In this document: piece by piece, positions 58,383 through 64,000 of the stretch
How the letters are laid out: the number at the start of each line of letters is the position of its first letter
Position numbering within the stretch: position 1 is the stretch's first letter
Assembly: GCA_964291495.2 (NCBI GenBank)
Contig: OZ219871.1
Span: forward strand, 512,001-576,000
DNA length: 64,000 bases
Reading direction: 5' to 3'
DNA from: Dehalococcoidia bacterium
Lineage (GTDB): Bacteria; Chloroflexota; Dehalococcoidia; UBA2979
Made by a program: the position numbers and the translations under genes
The notes under the pieces: model-generated
Database searches by the model: none
Seen by the model: only the letters and a program-made list of their open reading frames with translations
Told to the model about the DNA's origin: nothing

Positions 58383-59312
58383 TCAGCGCTGCGAGGCCAG
58401 CAGCGACTCCACCTCGCCGCGCCCGGGCATCGCGTCCTGCGCCCCGCGCCTCGTGACGACGAGCGCGCCGGCAGCGGCGGCGAAGCGGACCGCGTGCTCG
58501 AGCGGCCGGTCCTCGGCGAGCGCGACCGCGAGGGCGCCCGCGAACCCGTCACCCGCGGCCACGGTGTCGACTGCCTCGACGCGAAATGCGGGCACGTGCC
58601 CCTCGCCCTCGTCCGATGCATGGACCACGCCCTGGTCGCCCAGCTTGACGATCGCGGTTCGCGCGCCTCGCGCCCGGAGGACTCGCGCTGCCTCGCGAGC
58701 GGAGTCCACGCCGTCGACCGTGACGCCGGTCAGCACCTCGGCCTCGGACTGGTTTGGCGCGATGACGTCGAAGGAGTCGTAGGCCGAGTCGGGGAGCGGC
58801 GAGGGCGGCGCGGGGTCATGGATGACGAGAACTCCGCGCCTCCGGGCGATCGCGGCGGCCTCGAGGGAGACGTGGAGCGGAATCTCCATTTGCAGCAGGA
58901 GCGCGTCCGCCCCGTCGAGCGCGCGGCGCGTTGCCTCCACCTGCACCTCGTCGCAGGCCATGTTCGCGCCGTAGATCCCGACGATGTGGTTCTGCCGGTC
59001 GGCGTCGAGCAGGATGACGGCTACGCCGGACGACGCACCAGGCGTGGTCACCACGTCGTCCACGTTCACGCCGTGCGCCTCGAGGCTTGCGAGCAGCAGC
59101 GGGCCGAACGCGTCGTCGCCCACCCTGCCGATCATGCGGACGTCCGCGCCGAGGCGTGCGGCCGCGACAGCCTGGTTTGCTCCCTTGCCACCCGGCAGGG
59201 TGGCGAAGCTCTCTCCCATCACGGTCTGACCGGGCCGAGGCAGCGCGGGGGCGGTCGCGACGAGGTCCATGTTGATGCTGCCGAGCACCACGATCCGGGG
59301 CCGCTGCGCCAT
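58383..59312 (-). CDS. rbsK: Ribokinase (PfkB family)
   Basis: GSINMDL, PGGKGANQAVAAARLG, PNQSE, DTVAAGD. Confidence 0.9.
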   Translation of the reverse strand: MAQRPRIVVLGSINMDLVATAPALPRPGQTVMGESFATLPGGKGANQAVAAARLGADVRMIGRVGDDAFGPLLLASLEAHGVNVDDVVTTPGASSGVAVILLDADRQNHIVGIYGANMACDEVQVEATRRALDGADALLLQMEIPLHVSLEAAAIARRRGVLVIHDPAPPSPLPDSAYDSFDVIAPNQSEAEVLTGVTVDGVDSAREAARVLRARGARTAIVKLGDQGVVHASDEGEGHVPAFRVEAVDTVAAGDGFAGALAVALAEDRPLEHAVRFAAAAGALVVTRRGAQDAMPGRGEVESLLASQR

Positions 59313-59440
59313 GCCGTGCCTCCCTTGACCGATGGTTGCGCGGCAGCGGCCCGATAAGCAACGGGCCGCCACGCGCCTCGAATCGATAGATCGCCCCGGT
59401 CGCGCTACATTGACGCCCGGTGACGGAAGGTTGGTGCGGG

Positions 59441-60379
59441 ATGCGTGTGACGGTACTCGGCGGGAGCGGCTTCATCGGGCCGCGCGTGATGCGCAAGCTG
59501 GTCGAGCACGGGCACGAGGTCCACTGCATGGACATCGCGCCGAACGCCCCGGCGCTCGACCCGCTTCGCGACCGCGTCACGATCACGCACGGCGACATCA
59601 CCCTCATGGACGACGTCATCGAGGCGCTCGTATCGAGCAAGCCCGACCGCGTCCTCAACCTCGCCTACACCGTGGGCGCAGCCGAGAGCGACCCGCATCC
59701 GCAGGTGCGGCTCAACGTCCTGGGCATGGACAACTGCTTCGAGGCGGCGCGCATCCTCGGGATTCGCCGCGTGGTCTACGCGAGTTCGCTGGCGGTCTAC
59801 GGGCCGCAGCGGCTGCACGGCGAGCACCCCGTGAAGGAGGACGAACTCAGGCTCGGCACGAGCCTCTACGCCGTCTCCAAGATCTTCAACGAGCACCAGG
59901 CCGATTGGTACAACCGCGCCTACGAGATGGCGATCACCGGCGTGCGGCCCGCGAACATCACCGGGCCGGACAAGGTCCGGGGATCACTGAACCACGTGCA
60001 GTGCCAGGTGCTCCCCGCCCGCAACGAGCCCATCCACTTCCCCTACCGCGACATGATGACGCTGCCGCTTCACGTCGAGGACATCTCCGAGGTGTTCCTG
60101 CGCGTGACGCTCGCCGAGGAGACGGCCCACTCGATCTACAACTCGGGCGGGTTCGGGATGAGCCTCGGCGAGCTCGCGGACTTCGTGCGCGAGTTCCTGC
60201 CGGCGGCCGAGATCACGTTCGGGGAGGACGACGGCGGTCGCGAGCGCTCGGGTCTGTTCCTGATGGACAACTCGCGCCTCGTCGAGGAGTTCGAGGTCCA
60301 GTACGCGCCGTTCCGGCAGCGCGTGATGGAGACCCTCAACGACGTGCGGCGGGCCGAAGGGCTACCACCCGTCGGCTAA
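59441..60379 (+). CDS. NAD-dependent epimerase/dehydratase
   Basis: GGSGFIG, YASSLAVYG, YAVSK. Confidence 0.88.
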   Translation: MRVTVLGGSGFIGPRVMRKLVEHGHEVHCMDIAPNAPALDPLRDRVTITHGDITLMDDVIEALVSSKPDRVLNLAYTVGAAESDPHPQVRLNVLGMDNCFEAARILGIRRVVYASSLAVYGPQRLHGEHPVKEDELRLGTSLYAVSKIFNEHQADWYNRAYEMAITGVRPANITGPDKVRGSLNHVQCQVLPARNEPIHFPYRDMMTLPLHVEDISEVFLRVTLAEETAHSIYNSGGFGMSLGELADFVREFLPAAEITFGEDDGGRERSGLFLMDNSRLVEEFEVQYAPFRQRVMETLNDVRRAEGLPPVG

Positions 60380-60401
60380 ACACCGCCTCTGTCCGCGGGC
60401 G

Positions 60402-60989
60402 TCACGAAGTCGGTGTGCGCCTGATCACGCCGCAGGCCAGGCGGGCGCCGGTGTCCGACTCGTACTCTCCGTACGCATCCGGCCGTTCGTGGACGATGAT
60501 GGCGGAGCCGTCTGCGTCGAACACGGAGTGCCGCGGACCCTTGTCCAGCGTGACGCCAACGGTGAAGAAGTCCGCGCGGGCCGACCCGTCGGAGGCGGCG
60601 TAGATGTTGGGCAGATCGCCGCCGTGCCCTCCCGACTCGCCACGCGTCCAGCCTGAATGGATGAAGCCGTGTTCCGCGTCGGTCGGGTCGAAGTGGTCGC
60701 CGGCGGCGCCAAAGTCGGGCGCACACGCGCCGACCTCGTGGATGATGAACGCGTGGCCGCCCGGGGCCAGCCCGTTCACTTCGGCGATGACCAGGACCCC
60801 GCTGGCGGTTTGCAGGAATGTGACCATGCCGACGGCGTCGCCGGACGGCGAGATCAGTGCTGCTTCAGCCGTCAGGCCCGGCGTGCGTTCATCCTCCCCG
60901 CCGGACCGGGCGATGATCAGAGCCACGCCGACCACCAACACGATCACGAGGGGTGACACGGCGAGTACAGGTGTCAGACGTCCAGTCAC
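60402..60989 (-). CDS. Membrane-anchored Cu/Zn superoxide dismutase-like protein lacking one Cu-ligand His
   Basis: N-terminal TM; HAFIIHEVGAC, AGDHFDP, HGGDLPNI, IIVH, GARLACGVI. Confidence 0.85.
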   Translation of the reverse strand: MTGRLTPVLAVSPLVIVLVVGVALIIARSGGEDERTPGLTAEAALISPSGDAVGMVTFLQTASGVLVIAEVNGLAPGGHAFIIHEVGACAPDFGAAGDHFDPTDAEHGFIHSGWTRGESGGHGGDLPNIYAASDGSARADFFTVGVTLDKGPRHSVFDADGSAIIVHERPDAYGEYESDTGARLACGVIRRTPTS

Positions 60990-61136
60990 GACGGTCTCCT
61001 GCCACTAAACGATACTATATGTCATGAGGCTCGCTCGTAGCCCATTCCGGGGAGGGCCGGCGCGTGCCACGGTTGCCCGGAGACAGAACGGGCCCGCATC
61101 CCCAGCTCCGCCTGTCAGATGTCTGCTGTGCCGGGA

Positions 61137-64000
61137 CTAGTTCTCCTCGGGGAACAGGGCGACGCGCACGTAGCGGTCCTCGGGCAGGGAGCGCCCGGCG
61201 ACGGACGCGATGTCCTCCAGCGTCAGCGCGTCCAGCCGTGCGTCGAAGCGGTTGATGTCATCGAGCGGCCGGCCCTGCTGCGCCGCGCTCCGGATCTGGC
61301 TGAGCCAGAAGCCGTTCTCTCGCAGATCCTCCTCGCGAGTGCTGCGGAACTGCTCCTTGACAGAGTCCAGGTACTCCTGCTCGCCCCCGGCGCGGAGCCA
61401 GTCGAGCTCGACCGCCACCTCGCCGAGGAGCTCGTCGACGCGGGCAGGGTCGCTGCCGAAGATGATCGCGACCTGGTACTCGGAGTCCGGTATCAGGCTC
61501 GCGCCGGCGCTGACGAAGATGGCGTAGGTGCCGCCGAGCTGTTCCCGCACGCGCTCGCGCAGACGGGTCCCGAGCATCTCGCCGGCCACGTCGAGCGCCA
61601 GCGTCTCCCCTTCGGCCCACTCCGCCTCGCCGGCGAAGACCCAGATCGTGTTGCTCCGCGGCTCGATGCCGCTGCGGACGACTTCGTCCACCACGCCCTG
61701 CGGCGGGTCGATGTCCAGGTCACGCCATGTCTCGCTGCGCCCGCCGGCCGGGAGGCTGGCGAGGTAGGTGGCCGTCAGCGAGCGCAGCTCGTCCCAGTCG
61801 AAGGCGCCCACGAAGACGAACGTCGCGTCGCCGAGGTCGGCGAAACGGTCAGCGTAGACCGCCTCCGCGCGCTCGAGGCTGAGCTCGTCGATCAGCTCGA
61901 GGCTGAGGGGCCGGCGCCGGAAGTGCTCCTGCGCCAGCAAGGTGTTCACCCGGTCGTACAGCACCGCGTCCGGCTGGGTCGGGCGAGTCTCGGCGGTGCT
62001 GCGCAGGCTCGCCTCGTAGGTCGCGAAGTAGGTCGGATCGAGTCGCGGCGCGGTCGCGTAGAGCCAGACGAGCTGGAACATCGTCTCGAGGTCCTCGGGA
62101 GAGGCGTTGCCGCTCAGCCCCTCGAACAGCGCGTTGATGAAGGGCGATACCGAGACCCGCTTGCCGGCGAGCAGCTTGTCGAGGGCGACGCTGTCGTGCT
62201 CGCCGACACCGCTGCCGGAGGCGAGCGCGGCGGCGTAGAGGGCGGAGACATGGTCGGCGTCGGCGACGAGCGACTGTCCTCCCGGGCTGAAGGAGGTGAA
62301 GAGCACCTCGTCGTCGCGGAAGTCGGTCTGCTTCGCAATCACCGTGATGCCGTTCGACAGCGTCCACTGCACGGCGTCGATCGCCTCGATCTCTTCCTCC
62401 CCGACGATGCTGCCCGCCGCCGGGATGGTCGCGAGCAACGGCACGTCGCCGCCGGTGTCCGCGTACGGCTCCACCGTCAGTGCGGCGGCGCCCTCGAGCT
62501 GTGCCTGCAACACCGCGGCCAGTGCGTCGCCGCCGGTCGGATCGATGGCCTCGGGTCCCAGGACCAGGAGCACGGTGTTGCCGGGCTCCGTCCAGGACGC
62601 CGCCACGGCGTCGACCTCGGACAGCGAGATCTGCGGCAGCACCTGCTGGTACAGCTCCCACTCGACCTCGATGCCGGGCGCCGGCGTGCCGGTGAGGAAG
62701 TGGTTGCGGTATTCGGCGGCCAGGCCGGCCGAGGGCTGCTGCAAGCGTTGCTTGTAGGCGCTCTCCACGGAGCTGAGCAGGTTCGCCTGCTCGCGAGCCA
62801 GCTCGCCCTCGGTAAAGCCGTGCCGGCCGGCGCGCTGTAGCTCTTCGAGCAGGGCCTCGAATCCGCGCTCGGTCCCGGCCTGCTCGACGACGATCGTGAA
62901 GGTCAGGATGTCGATGGGCTGGACGAACGGCGAGCGCCCGGTCCCGGACCAGAGGTAGGGGGCATCGGGGGTCTGGCCCCGCTCGAACAGCCGCGCGTTG
63001 AGCATCATGAAGGCGAGCTCCTCGACGGCGAGGCGCCGGAAGGCCACCACGTCGCGCCCGGTCTCGGGAGCAATCTTGCGAACCAGCGTCACCTGGGTGC
63101 CGGGCGCCTCGGGATCGGTGAACACGTCGACGATCGGTTCGGCGTTGTCGGGCACGTCGTAGCTGGGCAGGGTGGTGGGCGGCGCGACGGCGGCTCGAGG
63201 CTGGGTGGCCTCGCCCTCGGGAAGCGGGGCGAAATACTGCCGGATCTTCGCCTCGATCAGGGTGGGATCGAAGTCGCCCACGGCAACCACGGCCATCAGG
63301 TTGGGCCGGTACCAGCGCTCGTAGTACGCCCGCAGTTGCTCCGCGGACGCGGTCTCGATGACCTCGGGCAGGCCGATCGGAGCCCGCTCAGCGTAGCGTG
63401 AGGAGCCGAACAGCAGCGGAAGCAGGTTGTTCTGGAAGCGCGAGGAGAATCCCTGGGAGAGGCGCCACTCCTCCAGCACCACGCCGCGTTCCAGTTCGAC
63501 CTCCTCGGGATCGAACGAGATGGCGTAGGCCCAGTCGCTCAGGATCCGGAAGGCGTTCTCGAGGATCTCCGGGTCGTCGGTCGGTATCTCCAGGAAATAG
63601 ATCGTCGAATCGAAGCCGGTCGAGGCGTTCACGTCGGGGCCGAAGGTGCTGCCGATCGACTCGAGGTAGTCGACGATCTCCTGTTTCGCGAAGCGCTCCG
63701 TGCCGTTGAAGGCCATGTGCTCCGCGAAGTGGGCCAGTCCGCGCTCTTCCTCCTCTTCGAGGATCGAGCCGGCTTTGACGACGAGCGACAGCTGCGCGCG
63801 CTCGCGCGGCTCCTCGTTGTAGCGGATGTACCAGGTCAGACCGTTGCTGAGCTCGCCGCTGTCGACCGCGGGGTCGAGGGGCAGCGGATCGCCGGGCTCG
63901 AAGGCTGCCGGCCCAGCCGTCGCGGTCGGCGTGGGCGTGGGTGTCGCGGTGGGCGCGGCCGTCGGCGTCGGACTTGCGGTGGCCGTTGGCGTCGGCGTGG
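61137..64000 (-). CDS. M16-family zinc protease (PqqL-like), 5' end beyond window edge
   Basis: GELSNGLTWYIR, GLAHFAEHMAFNG (HxxEH), NAST, ERGVVLEEWR; P/T linker runs off the window. Confidence 0.92.
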   Translation of the reverse strand, partial: TPTPTATASPTPTAAPTATPTPTPTATAGPAAFEPGDPLPLDPAVDSGELSNGLTWYIRYNEEPRERAQLSLVVKAGSILEEEEERGLAHFAEHMAFNGTERFAKQEIVDYLESIGSTFGPDVNASTGFDSTIYFLEIPTDDPEILENAFRILSDWAYAISFDPEEVELERGVVLEEWRLSQGFSSRFQNNLLPLLFGSSRYAERAPIGLPEVIETASAEQLRAYYERWYRPNLMAVVAVGDFDPTLIEAKIRQYFAPLPEGEATQPRAAVAPPTTLPSYDVPDNAEPIVDVFTDPEAPGTQVTLVRKIAPETGRDVVAFRRLAVEELAFMMLNARLFERGQTPDAPYLWSGTGRSPFVQPIDILTFTIVVEQAGTERGFEALLEELQRAGRHGFTEGELAREQANLLSSVESAYKQRLQQPSAGLAAEYRNHFLTGTPAPGIEVEWELYQQVLPQISLSEVDAVAASWTEPGNTVLLVLGPEAIDPTGGDALAAVLQAQLEGAAALTVEPYADTGGDVPLLATIPAAGSIVGEEEIEAIDAVQWTLSNGITVIAKQTDFRDDEVLFTSFSPGGQSLVADADHVSALYAAALASGSGVGEHDSVALDKLLAGKRVSVSPFINALFEGLSGNASPEDLETMFQLVWLYATAPRLDPTYFATYEASLRSTAETRPTQPDAVLYDRVNTLLAQEHFRRRPLSLELIDELSLERAEAVYADRFADLGDATFVFVGAFDWDELRSLTATYLASLPAGGRSETWRDLDIDPPQGVVDEVVRSGIEPRSNTIWVFAGEAEWAEGETLALDVAGEMLGTRLRERVREQLGGTYAIFVSAGASLIPDSEYQVAIIFGSDPARVDELLGEVAVELDWLRAGGEQEYLDSVKEQFRSTREEDLRENGFWLSQIRSAAQQGRPLDDINRFDARLDALTLEDIASVAGRSLPEDRYVRVALFPEEN

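Overview
Very GC-rich, gene-dense bacterial chromosome segment with about 50 CDS and no rRNA, tRNA, CRISPR array or transposase that I could recognise. The gene mix suggests Chloroflexota of the Dehalococcoidia/SAR202 type (inference). It includes five luciferase-like monooxygenases, CoA-transferases, amidohydrolases, Tat-exported family-5 solute-binding lipoproteins with Pro/Thr/Ala linkers, and a GAAC-N4-GTTC SOS box. Main hidden features: (1) two selenoproteins that the ORF track splits or truncates at in-frame TGA codons, each followed by a SECIS-like hairpin. One is a 580-aa CUGSC protein in an apparent operon with a SnoaL-like protein and an atypical thioredoxin reductase; the other is a UPWC DsbA/FrnE-like protein. 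(2) An ECF sigma factor coupled to a membrane anti-sigma-like vWA protein, plus a lipoprotein vWA paralog; the sigma gene and the lipoprotein gene share a near-identical ECF-type promoter. (3) A 40-bp palindromic bidirectional SOS promoter between dnaE2 and a split imuB. (4) A duplicated permease 3' end flanking a sulfatase gene. (5) Probable ATC start codons. Two single-base frameshifts (dnaE2, vWA lipoprotein) look like assembly errors.
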